DNA of 50,946 bases. It comes from Nemertoderma westbladi (lineage: Eukaryota; Animalia; Xenacoelomorpha). Positions 12,269-23,092 of this stretch are shown here, in pieces. The number at the start of each line of letters is the position of its first letter. Within the stretch, counting starts at the first letter, position 1. Location of the stretch: the NCBI GenBank assembly GCA_032718475.1, contig JAUCBJ010006894.1:1-50946 (forward strand), read 5' to 3'. The translations under genes and the position numbers were made by a program. The notes beneath the pieces are model-generated. The model was not told the DNA's origin. It did not search any database and saw only the letters and a program-made list of their open reading frames with translations.

Positions 12269-12460
12269 ATGGAAGTATCGATCACACCCATTGATATAAT
12301 TCAAGTTGAGCCAGGAATCTGGCACGTCGAAGTTGAGGTACAAGGAACGAACGTTGGACGATTCAGGATTACTGTTCGGGTGGTCCAAGCTGAGTACAAT
12401 ACCTACGAGGAACTGTTTTACGACATCGCGTATCTAGCCATCGACGAGGCGTTACAATGA
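12269..12460 (+). CDS. 63-aa upstream ORF overlapping the gag start (ATGA)
   Basis: Good initiation context (GGAATGG); alternating hydrophobic pattern followed by an amphipathic helix-like segment; stop overlaps the gag ATG. Confidence 0.5.
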   Translation: MEVSITPIDIIQVEPGIWHVEVEVQGTNVGRFRITVRVVQAEYNTYEELFYDIAYLAIDEALQ

Positions 12461-15099
12461 CAACAAATAACGTATCCGATACCGACGAGATGGATCACCA
12501 CACAGACTCGGAAGCCGACGAGGTACCAAACGTCAAGAACATGACCCGTCGGTTAGGGGCTCTTAAAGGCGGAGTAACCCGAGCGTATCAACGGATGGAG
12601 AAACAACTCAAAGGAGTCAAAACCCCCCTCAATGAGGTACAAACTCAGCTTCAAAGTATCCGAAATATCCTACAGCGGTACGAAAGAATGATACAGGCGT
12701 ACCAAGAGCTCGTTCCCCCCACCGATCAGGAAAACTACCCCAAGTTGGAAGAACACGTTGTACATCTAGATGGGTTCCGCAAACAACACCGGAGGACCCT
12801 CAGCCTTGTGAGAGGCTATGAGGAACAGTATTACAAGAGGGCTGACGCGGAATCAGTACGATCCTCCAGCATCATGACAGCAGTACATCGTAAGAGAACG
12901 GGGTCCGCTAGAAATCAGCACTCCAGCGCTAGGAGCGAGATATCCGGCTCGGCGCGCAGTTCTCAAGGGGCGCCGCCACTCCGAGACCAACTGCGAGAAC
13001 GGAAGGCATTAGCCCTCAAAGCTCGGATGGAAGATGAGTATATTCAACTGCAAGCCGAGCACGATGTATTAGCCGCCGAAACACAAAAGCGAGAGGCCGA
13101 ACAAGCGGCCGAACGGCAGGCCGAACAACGCGAACAGGAGGCCGAACAACATAGACGAGAAGCCGAACGGCAGGCCGAACAACGTGAACAGGAGGCCGAA
13201 CAACATAGACGAGAGGCCGAACGACAGGCCGAACAACGCAAACAGGAGGCCGAACAACGCCTACGAGAGGCCGAACGAGAGATCGAACAACGTAAATGGG
13301 AAGCGGAAATGCGTAAACAACACGCCGAGGCCCAAGCAATTCTTATCCACAAAAAGAATGCGGATATTGCAAAACTCGCAGAATACGAAGCCGCACTTAT
13401 AGAACGAGATATTCAACTCTACGAGGACTGGGAAAGGGATATAGATCAGGAATATGAACCAATTCCGGTACCGGAGTTAGAAAAGTCATTTACACCAACA
13501 GCGGCGAAACCTCCGAAACCCGAGATCCCGCCTACCAAACAGTCTACGCTATCGGCGCAAGCCCCGGTGTTCCATCCCCCACCAGCTACGCTAAAGAATG
13601 AGGAACCTTATTTCCCATCCAACACCACGACAGCGAGTGTACCCAAGTACGAGCCTGAAAGGGACTCGGAACGGGACGCCACTCCCCGATCTAACAACCC
13701 ATTTACATCCACACCACAAACTCGTAGCCGCGTCATTATTAAAACTCCACCTATTATTGATCCATCAAGTATGGGAGTGAGTGCCAATAACTATAACCCT
13801 CCGAGTCACTCCAGTTCAGACGACGTCAGCATCATCCGGGCGTTGGAGAACCGCCTTGCCATGCCTAAGATGGAGATTCGCACCTTCGAAGGAGATCCCG
13901 TTGATTACCTCAGATTCAAGAAACGGTTCTTTGCGCAGATCGGATCAACGGACATAGCCGACGCACAGAAATTGGTATATTTATCGCAATACCTGGGTGA
14001 CAAACCACGCAGAATTGTTGCATGTTTTGAAGGAGGTTCTCATGAGGCATACTATGACGCATGGAAAACTCTAGATAAAAGATACGGAAATACCGGAACT
14101 ATAATTAATAAAACTCTAGAGAGACTGATACAGGACGCGGGATCACTAGGGGACCCACAGAACATACAGGAATTCTCCGACTCTATGAAGGATGCCTACT
14201 ATACTCTGAAACCCTTAAATAAAGAGGACCAGGTGAACAACATTCTAAACCTCCGACAGATCGCCAAGAAGTTCCCCGGATGGCTACAAAGTAAGTGGGC
14301 TTATAAATGTGTAGATCTCCGGCGCAGACATCCAGATCGAGATCCTAGCTTCCTTGAAATGTCGGCATTCCTGGACGATATCTCCGAAGCCATGAATGAC
14401 TCGATGTTTTCAAAACAAAGTCTCGCAAAGTTGGACGGAATAGAGAGCAACTCCAGGAGTAAGATAACCCCTCCGAAACCGAGATTCCGCCCCCCACCGG
14501 TAAGTACGATGGCCATTACCATGGCAGAGGATTCCAACGACGAAGACTACGAGGAACCGACATCCGCCGAGGAATGGGCATGTTATCTCGCGGGTTGGGC
14601 ACCCGAAAGGGAAGGCATCACAAATTCCCTGCTCTGTCTCTTCTGTGGGGAGAAACACAAAGTGGAATTCTGCAGAAAGTTTCAGTTCGCCGAACTCGTC
14701 CCACGCTTCGAGGCGATAATGAAACACCGAGGATGCTTCCGGTGTCTTGGAACAGGTCACTATGTTCGGGAGTGCGACCAAAGATCATGCTGTACTGTCT
14801 GTAACGACCAACGCCATCACACGCTCCTCCACATCCCCGCGAACTTCGATTTTACTACCCTCCCCTTTCGGATCGAAGCCAGGCGAAGAGGAGAAACAAA
14901 CCACATCTTCAAAGGAACCCGGACAACCCAACGGAGAGAAACCAACCCGTTTAAAATCTCCACCGATACACCACAAGTAACCAATATTTCGGCCACGATT
15001 AATCTTATAAATCGCCGCTACATGGTTTTCGCAAAGGTAATCCCAGTAAGGATCCAAGGAGTCGAAATGGACGATACACCAAAGGTGGGAGAATCCTGA
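12457..15099 (+). CDS. gag: Bel/Pao Gag, 880 aa, truncated near the start of the protease
   Basis: Coiled coil; DUF1759-like PKMEIRTFEGDP...KLVYLSQYL...AWKTLDKRYG; triple knuckle CLFCGEKHKVEFC / CFRCLGTGHYVREC / CTVCNDQRHHTLLH; ends just after VIPVRIQG. Confidence 0.92.
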   Translation: MTTNNVSDTDEMDHHTDSEADEVPNVKNMTRRLGALKGGVTRAYQRMEKQLKGVKTPLNEVQTQLQSIRNILQRYERMIQAYQELVPPTDQENYPKLEEHVVHLDGFRKQHRRTLSLVRGYEEQYYKRADAESVRSSSIMTAVHRKRTGSARNQHSSARSEISGSARSSQGAPPLRDQLRERKALALKARMEDEYIQLQAEHDVLAAETQKREAEQAAERQAEQREQEAEQHRREAERQAEQREQEAEQHRREAERQAEQRKQEAEQRLREAEREIEQRKWEAEMRKQHAEAQAILIHKKNADIAKLAEYEAALIERDIQLYEDWERDIDQEYEPIPVPELEKSFTPTAAKPPKPEIPPTKQSTLSAQAPVFHPPPATLKNEEPYFPSNTTTASVPKYEPERDSERDATPRSNNPFTSTPQTRSRVIIKTPPIIDPSSMGVSANNYNPPSHSSSDDVSIIRALENRLAMPKMEIRTFEGDPVDYLRFKKRFFAQIGSTDIADAQKLVYLSQYLGDKPRRIVACFEGGSHEAYYDAWKTLDKRYGNTGTIINKTLERLIQDAGSLGDPQNIQEFSDSMKDAYYTLKPLNKEDQVNNILNLRQIAKKFPGWLQSKWAYKCVDLRRRHPDRDPSFLEMSAFLDDISEAMNDSMFSKQSLAKLDGIESNSRSKITPPKPRFRPPPVSTMAITMAEDSNDEDYEEPTSAEEWACYLAGWAPEREGITNSLLCLFCGEKHKVEFCRKFQFAELVPRFEAIMKHRGCFRCLGTGHYVRECDQRSCCTVCNDQRHHTLLHIPANFDFTTLPFRIEARRRGETNHIFKGTRTTQRRETNPFKISTDTPQVTNISATINLINRRYMVFAKVIPVRIQGVEMDDTPKVGES
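13090..13290 (+). repeat. In-frame 54-bp (18-aa) tandem repeat in gag
   Basis: AERQAEQREQEAEQHRRE, about 3 copies. Confidence 0.9.
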
Positions 15100-15124
15100 T
15101 CGACGGAACTACGTTTACGTCGTT

Positions 15125-16696
15125 ATGGAGTGCTACACCGTCGCTAAGTTTATCTGTAAAACTCTCGATAACCTTATTACGGCGGTCCCCCTTTCCTTCG
15201 TCGACTACGACTGGAATGAGGTTTTAAACCACGCGTTTAAAGTGGTCGAGAACATTACACCGGGAGAATCGAAAACGCCCGCCGTTATCGATTCCTGGGA
15301 CGAGAGCGGACCTTACGACATCCCTACGATTACCGAACTTCTCGGTGCGGAGGAGCCTCTGATCTCCTCGGAAGGGGAAGAGATATGGCTAAACGAGGGT
15401 GTTCTACTCTCCACCCCGAAGCGACAACTCGAGCCGGAGGCCGCGTATGGACCGGCCGCCAAACGGGTTGCCTCGGCCGAACCGATGAAGAGAGCAGGCG
15501 TTTACACCCCACGCGGCTCCGGTAGCCCCGCGAGGGAGGTAGCCGCTACAGCTGCATTGAGCGACTTCGGCGACATATGCCAACGGTTATCCCCGTATCC
15601 TTTCCCGGGTGGTGAAGATTGGTCATCGGAGATTCCGAGTACCAGCCACCAACGGACCCGCTCAGCGATACTGGTCGAGGAGGGCCCCAGCGATGCGCCG
15701 ACACCCGACGATCTCCTCGGTATCCCTCCGTCTAAAACCCCGGCACCCCTTCGCCGACCAGCGGTGGCTACTACACCCGCCGTTCCTCAGGACCCTATGC
15801 GACTAACCCGTTGGTACGCCGAGCAAACTGAATGGATCCACCGCCAGAAACGGTCATCCGAGTTGAGACCAGCGGGACACAAAGAAGGTTATCGGAGCGA
15901 GAACCTACTACGCAAAAGCCTAGCATTCCGCGGGCTACCGACCACCGAGAATATTCCGAAGAGCGACCGACGACTCGAATACTACGTCGGCGTCCCGATT
16001 CCGATATTTCCTGGTCGAGAGATGCAGTTGGAGGTATGCGGCGACTGCGGTTCGGAGCAGTGCCCACGCAGCAGAAGGAATCGGGTTACCGATTCTTGCC
16101 TCCAGCTCCTCGGGATACTCTATTGCCCATACTGCGCGACATCGGGCCACGACGTTTCCGTCTGCCCGATCCTTTATAACCTCTGCACCACGTGCGGTTT
16201 CCGTGGACATTCCTCTAGCCCCCGCTGCTATATCAAATGTCCAACCAAAGACGTTACCGCTATGGGCAATATGGTCATGTTTGAAACATACGCAAACAGC
16301 CACTTAAAGACCAAGGTTCGGAGAAACGCTCGGAATATCGCGCAGGAGATGGCGTGCGGATATTTCTCCTTCCCGGAACGCCTCCACACGTCGGCCACGC
16401 TACCTTTCCATTACGTGGATCTGCTACTGAGCGCCGGATTATTCGGTCCATTTGAAGTCATTAGACGATTATACTCGTATAAAGAGGAGTTCGGTGACGG
16501 AGAATGGTTCCTAGAGGCACGCAAATCTGAGTTGGAGAGACGAACCGACATGATCCCGATGCCTTCGAAAGGAAGAGCCGCCAGGAGACAAGCCGAAGCG
16601 TTACTCACGATGGATGTTGACGCTCCTCTACCAGCCATAGCGATCGATGAGAGTCGACGGGCGAAGAGACGAAAGGCGTATCAGAGAAAGAAATAG
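15125..16696 (+). CDS. Accessory ORF, 523 aa, with tandem CCHC zinc knuckles; function unknown
   Basis: Uninterrupted ORF in the env position; CPYCATSGHDVSVC (Cx2Cx4Hx4C), CTTCGFRGHSSSPRC, upstream CGDC..C..C; basic NLS-like C-terminus RRAKRRKAYQRKK. Confidence 0.85.
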   Translation: MECYTVAKFICKTLDNLITAVPLSFVDYDWNEVLNHAFKVVENITPGESKTPAVIDSWDESGPYDIPTITELLGAEEPLISSEGEEIWLNEGVLLSTPKRQLEPEAAYGPAAKRVASAEPMKRAGVYTPRGSGSPAREVAATAALSDFGDICQRLSPYPFPGGEDWSSEIPSTSHQRTRSAILVEEGPSDAPTPDDLLGIPPSKTPAPLRRPAVATTPAVPQDPMRLTRWYAEQTEWIHRQKRSSELRPAGHKEGYRSENLLRKSLAFRGLPTTENIPKSDRRLEYYVGVPIPIFPGREMQLEVCGDCGSEQCPRSRRNRVTDSCLQLLGILYCPYCATSGHDVSVCPILYNLCTTCGFRGHSSSPRCYIKCPTKDVTAMGNMVMFETYANSHLKTKVRRNARNIAQEMACGYFSFPERLHTSATLPFHYVDLLLSAGLFGPFEVIRRLYSYKEEFGDGEWFLEARKSELERRTDMIPMPSKGRAARRQAEALLTMDVDAPLPAIAIDESRRAKRRKAYQRKK

Positions 16697-16861
16697 TGGA
16701 TCGGGATATTCCAGGAACATTTATCGAACATTTATTTTTATACAAACTCTAGGCCAAATTAATTAAAAACTATGCAATATTAAATTTGGGTTTTTTATAT
16801 TGGGAATGACCTACGCAAACTCAATCGACCGACAGACTTCACGAAGGTCATTGGGGGGGAC

Positions 16862-17376
16862 TGTTCGCGGTATTTCAACTTTCCATAACGCGAGTTGAAT
16901 ATTTTTGTATTTATTTAAAATTGATTATTCCGATATTACTACTGGGTGCGGGACCATGGGTTTTGGGCACATTCAAGAAACTGGGGGCGATTTATGGGCG
17001 AACTTTGGGGCAACTTACAGGGTACGGGAATAATTTCATAGTTATAAGGGCCAGGGGTGGATGGAAAATGCAAGCAGTATTCAGGGATTTATATTATCGT
17101 GTATAATTATTGTGAATATTTGGTGTATATTGATTTGGGGAAGCCCAAAATTATTCTTAATCAAGTTTCAATGATGTTGAACGGGTTTCAACTATAGGAA
17201 GTTACATTAAAGAGTATATCCAACTAATGCAGCTTTTTATCAACCGCAAACTTGCATCTCAGAAAATATTCCCTCCCCACAATCAATATCCGGTGACTGG
17301 CCGGGGCTCGGTGGTCTGTTAAGTCACGTCTCCAGCATCGGCGTTTTTCCCCCCTGGTGTAGGGATAACGGCAACA
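16862..17376 (+). repeat. 3' LTR
   Basis: No differences from the 5' LTR seen by eye. Confidence 0.97.
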
Positions 17377-20064
17377 CTGTAACTATGCAACCACATTACG
17401 TACCGGCCCAATTTTTATTGCTAATTAGCCAAATTTAATGCCGAATCTTTGCAAAAAACGACGTTGCAATTGGATTTCTACTTTTCGATGTGGGTGCCAC
17501 CTCAAAATTTGGCCTCCAGCACCAAATTTTTTGAAATTTTCGAATCTTACAAAGTCATTCGTGATTTAGTAATTATTTATGTTTGGGCTATTTTTATTTA
17601 TTTTTGTTGGTTTGGATCACTCTAATGCTCTATACAAGTATGTAAGTGTAGTGTTACGTAATTTTTGGAGTACCAAAATTATGGCGTGGCACTTTAAAAT
17701 TTCAAAATTACTTTATTCGGAAAATTTACTAAAGTTTTGATTTCGAAGCATTTTTATTGGTTTTCTGGAGCGCTGAATCGATTGAAAGTAATATAGAAGC
17801 CTGAAGACTTAGAGGTTCGCCATTTTTGGTGCTCCAACATTTTTCATTTCATTTTTCAAAATTTGAAGTGCCACGCCCTAATTTTGGTACATCAAGAATG
17901 GCTAACCTCTAAGTCTTAAGGCTTTATATTACTTTCAATCGATTCTGCGGTCTAGAAAACCTATATAAATGCGTTAAAATTTCAATTTTGGTTTATTTTC
18001 CGAATCTCGTATTTTTCAAAATTTGAAGTACCACGCCCTAATTTTGGTGCACCAAAAATGGCGAACCACTAAGTCTTCAGGCTTCTATATTACTTTCAAT
18101 CGATTCAGCGGCCCAGAAAACCTATAAAGATGCGTTGAAATAAAAAATTAGGGGCATTTTCTGAATATCTAATTGTTCAAAATTTGAAGTGCCACGCCCA
18201 CATATTAGGTGCACGAAAAATAGCATCCACTTCAATTTTTGGAAATGGAATATAATCACATTCGATTCAGCGTCTTGAAAAACCTACTAAATCTAGCCAA
18301 CACTGCCACACTTAGTTTTCAGAAAACGAAAAATTTTGTAATTTTGTCCTGGGACTACTTTTATTTTTCATCAAAATTATGATTCCCTGCTTATGAAATT
18401 TTAACTTTTTAAGGTTTGGTAGTGTTCATCTATAGTTGTTTCACCAACAGCCCAAATTTTGTAGGATTTCATTGGACGATTACAAAAATATAGTGGGTGG
18501 GCCGAATCGAAACATTATTTTTTATTTGCCCATTTATAACCCCGTATAAATATCTATAATATAGGTGAGCGACGCCTACGTAGGCTTATTGCGGCGGTGA
18601 GGGTCGGAGGCTAATAAGCGTCATATTATACACACCCCGGGTTGTATGTTACTTGAATTACAGGTAAATAATACATTATAATATTTATAAATAGTGTCTG
18701 TTAGAGATTTTATCATTGTTTTTTTTTTATCTTTACCATATACGGAATCGTATTTTAATTGTGTGAGCATTCTAGGATAGGCATGTGAGTGACTCTGTTG
18801 GCTTCAGTGGGTGTTATTAGTTTATTTCGGCAACAGCAGCCATAGTGTTACTGCATTATATTAATCCTCACTGGGTCACCCCAATAATTTATATTTATTA
18901 TATTACAGTGGGAATTTCCAATTAAATTGTTCTGGAGATCAAATCATGACTTGGACTTGGATTTCAAATGAGTATAAAATAACTTCTTTGGATTTATTCC
19001 CCAGGCAAAACATCATCAATCGTTACATAAATTGGCAATATGTAACATAGATTAATTTTATAATAATATAGTGGTTGAAGTTAATTTCTTAATATTGGTG
19101 AGGTTATATATACATAATGTATCGGTAATCAATATATTGCTAAATATATTTTTATATACGTTACTTTTGTTCTACATAATTGTATCACTCCAACCCTTTC
19201 GATAACATCAACCTATTGTTACACCGTGTATTGTTACACCTGCTATGTACCATTGTTGAACCCGGTCATTTCATTGCCGAGGAACAAGGCTTTCTTCCTC
19301 CTTGTGTGAGGTAAGATTGTCTCAGATTACCCAAATTCTATGAATGTCTCTCATTAGTATCGCATCTTTGTCGAGTTGGATCTCGCCTTGTGTCTCGCAT
19401 CGTGTTGTCAATTATAGCCTGGTCTTTGATTTCATTTCCGATGTCAGTTTTAATATTTGGTGTAATGTAGTCTGGCGGTTGTCTCTCTGTCTATCTTACA
19501 TTTTAACAGACAGATTGGCAGACAGATATTCCGCGATAACTCGGGAACTAAAAGAGATCTCTCTAAACCCAAATTTCTGAAGTTGTTTCAGTTGTTTCAG
19601 ATTACGATTTTTATTTGCGAAATTATTGGCGAATATAGGCAAAATGTTACAGTTGCTGGTCATTGATCATCTATTGAGCACTCATAGCAGTAATATAGAG
19701 CTAACGTGTTGGCAAGTAAATCAAATGAGTCAGTTTATAAACACCACCGTAAAATCTACAGTTTTGTTGCACGACAAATTTATTGTTAGTAGAATAATGT
19801 ATTAGTTAGTCCTCGTCCATTTCTCTGTCCATAAGCTTACTGTGTGTATGTATGTGGAAGACAAGCTCGACACACAACAAAAGGACACTAAGGAGTATTT
19901 GGAATTAACATTATTATTATTATTATATTTATTGCCCTTATATATGGGACATGGGACACTACTAATTGTACCATTTGTTGGTTTATAACGCAATGCGAAT
20001 ACAATTAATCAATACCTATGTACCTATATGGAGCTATATACAGGCTATATACAGCTATATACTA

Positions 20065-22366
20065 TACAGGAGCTCTATACAAGACTGTAATGCATTTACA
20101 CTTCGACCCTTCTCCAGTGATCACCGCCTTATTGTGGCCAAGGTAAGACTTAGTCTGCGTGCTAGCAGAACAACGAAATCTGCCTTGCCGCGGCATGACT
20201 GGTCCTCTCTGTTGCAACAGCCAAGTGTGAGATCCAGCTTCACACTACAGCTGAGCAACAGGTATGAGGCTCTTGCCTCTGAGGCGGCAGATCACTGTGA
20301 GGGCTATACTGCCTTTACAGAAGCAGTTAAGTTAGCAGCTGCAGAAACAGTTCCTGTATACCCTCGAAACAGGAAAAGGGCCCCCTGGACTGACAACAAA
20401 ATTCAGAAGTGCCGAAATGACCTTCATAAGGCGCAGAAAGAGTCCCGACTCAAACAGACTACAGCGGCCAAGAATGCAGTTAAGGCTGCATCTAGGTCCC
20501 TGAACAGGCAGTACTCTGCTAATCTACAGGAGCTAATAAACCAACAGGTTGATGCCATCAATGATGCTGACGACAGCAGGCAATCATCCCAGGCATGGAA
20601 ATCGATCAATCTGCTTACTGGGCGGAAAAGCCAACCAACCACCAAGGTTAAGGCTGAATCACCAGCCGATCGCCTCAATGGTTGGAAAGCCCACTTTGAA
20701 AAGCTCCTCAATAATGACAGGGTATTGCCTGATAACTTTATAGAAATAAAAGTGTCTGAGTCTGTACTCCCAGATATTCCCATTGGCGATATCTCCTTTG
20801 CAGAAGTGAAGGCTGCTGCAAAGAGCATTAAGACCAATCGTGCCAGTGGAGTAGATGGTGTTCCCCCTGAGGTCTTTAAAATACCTGAGTGTTTAAAGCT
20901 CATCTATCCCATCATAGTAGACATGTACCGAACAACAAGAGTCCCACAAGAAATGAAAACAAAGAAGTTGGTGCCAGTTCCCAAGAAGGGCAACCTAACA
21001 CTCTATGGTTCTTTTCGGGGAATCTCATTGATCTCGATTGCTGCAAAGCTATACAATAGGATTCTATTAAATCGCATCAGGGATCCCATTGAGAGACTGC
21101 TCCGTGGAAATCAGAATGGGTTCCGTAAAGGTCGTGGGACCATGGAGCCCATTTTGGCACTTAGAAAGGTAATTGAAGAGTTATCAAAAAAGAAAGACAG
21201 GCATCTGGCTGTTATCTTTGTTGACTTCTTCAAGGCCTTTGATTCAGTCTTTATATAGTCTTTATATATTCAGTCTTTCATTATATGGGATTCCTGATGA
21301 AATTATTGCAGCAATCAGATCAGTATACGATGGTTCGACAACATTTGTGTCTACTGTTGACGGTGACACAGAACCATTTGAAGTGTTATGGGGCGTCCTC
21401 CAAGGAGACACACTTACACCATTCTTGTTCATTATTGTGGTTGACTATGTTCTACGCATGTCCTTAGATCATTATAATGATGATGGGGTGATGATAACTC
21501 CACCTACTGGCTCCAGAAGTCGAGGAAATCCTGCCAAGTACCTAACTGATCTAGACTTTGCTGATGACTTAGGAGTACTCTCAGAATCATTAGAGGGAGC
21601 CCAATGGCTCCTCAGCTCATTAGAACATGCTACTTCTAGTGTTGGTCTTTTTATTAATTCTGACAGTTAACTTTGAAAGTCCTCAGCAAGTCTCTGATCG
21701 GTTGAGCATAAGCTCAAAGGATGGTATGCTTGAGCATGTGGACGACTTCTGTTACCTGGGATCATGGATCCGGAAGTCAGGTGAGGACCTTCGAATACGT
21801 AAGGGAAAGGCATGGGCAGCCTTGAATAGGCTTTCCAGGATTTTGAAGTCACCGAGAATTAATCGGAAACTTAAGGTCCGATTATTTAGAGCAGCAGTAG
21901 TTCCAGTACTCCTCTACGGGAGTCCATGCTGGGCTCTAACTGCTGAGGACACCAAATCTCTGGATGGCGCATTCACAAGAATGCTACGCCGGGTTCATTG
22001 TGTTAAGTACAATGCACACATCTCCAACCAGACACTATATAACATTGGAGGTGTCTCATTGGTTCCCCCAAGCTTGACACTAGAACAAAATCGCCTCCGC
22101 TTTGCAGGACATTGCTTTCGCCGTGAGGACCAGCCAGTGCATAATCTTCTACTTTGGCAGCCTCATGGAGTGAATAAGCATGGTGGACAGCCCATGACTT
22201 TCTTGAGAGGCATCTTAAAGGACACTGGCCTTAAAGATGCGGATGATCTAGCAAATGTCATGGGTGATAGGGAGTTGTGGCGGTGCAATTTTGTTGACAA
22301 GCCGGCACAACATTCTTAAAAATACAGCTGCAATGCAGCATGCCGATCCTAGTAGTAGTAGTAGTA
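20065..22366 (+). pseudogene. RTE-like LINE family A, longest copy; 5'-truncated and frameshifted
   Basis: Endonuclease end SDHRLIV; RT motifs ASGVDG, VPVPKKG, FRGISL, QNGFRKGR, VDFFKAFDS, GVLQGDTL.PFLF, FADD, YLGS; (AGT)n tail. Confidence 0.92.
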
Positions 22367-23092
22367 GGCTGCAGCTTGGTCTAGTGGTGACATTCATGGG
22401 CTTCCAATTAGGAAGCCCTGGTTTGATCCCTAGTTGGGAAAGCACTGTTTGGACACAGTGCTTTAACCCTATTAAAACCTATATTTAACCTATAACCCTA
22501 TATCACTGAAACAAACTCAGTTGGGAATCTGGAATTTTATGACTTTTCCTAAAAATCTATTGTCTTCCTAATAGTGAAAACGGTTTTCAAAAATATTGGG
22601 AAGATTTCGAGTTATATCACCATTTTTTTAACCCTACTTTTGGCACGTTTTGAGACGTTTTTTGAAAATTACATTTCATGAAATATGAATTGTAACATCT
22701 CTATTTTCAATTTACACCGGTTTTTTGGTCTTTGCAATCAGATGGAATTCATAGACATTTATATAGAAATTTCAAACTTGTTTTTTTCGGCGGGTGCCAA
22801 ATTTTGGTGCCAGCACAAACTTTTTAAATATGTCAATTTTGTAAATTGAAAATTTGTATTGAAAAACAATTAGCCGAAAATTGTAACTTTAAAAATTTAT
22901 AAGAAAATGAAAATTGAAATTTATCCACTACTTGTAATTTTGGTGCTGCAATATAACCACCCCAGTACATTTTTTGTATTACGTATTTGTACAACATTTT
23001 AAAGCCCGGTACTAATAGGGTTAAATGCTACAGCCTAGCCCAACCTCGGCTTTCATCCTTCAGTGGTCGATAAATGGGAACCAATGCATCTG
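22367..23092 (+). mobile_element. tRNA-derived SINE interrupted by a piggyBac-like element
   Basis: A box tggtctagtgg, B box ggtttgatccc; resumes at 23025 with ctttcatccttcagtggtcgataaatg. Confidence 0.7.
22467..23020. mobile_element. piggyBac-like MITE, 554 bp
   Basis: TTAA duplicated at 22463-22466 and 23021-23024; termini CCCTATTA / TAATAGGG. Confidence 0.8.

Larger units (their letters stand above)
11503..17376 (+). mobile_element. Bel/Pao-type LTR retrotransposon, non-autonomous (no pol), recent insertion
   Basis: Two 515-bp LTRs with TGTT...AACA ends; CTGTA TSD at 11498-11502 and 17377-17381; purine tract GGGGGGGA at 16853-16860; Bel/Pao gag. Confidence 0.95.
11445..18510. mobile_element. 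piggyBac-like non-autonomous element interrupted by the LTR element; right end uncertain
   Basis: TTAA|CCCTATTA left end, same terminus as 22467. Body resumes at 17382 with ~160-bp direct and inverted internal repeats (tttgaagtgccacgccc at ~17862, 18022, 18183). Confidence 0.5.

Noticed and set aside
13016-16638. Antisense and alternative-frame ORFs within gag and ORF2
   Set aside because: They are shadows of GC-richer or repetitive coding sequence and show no motifs.
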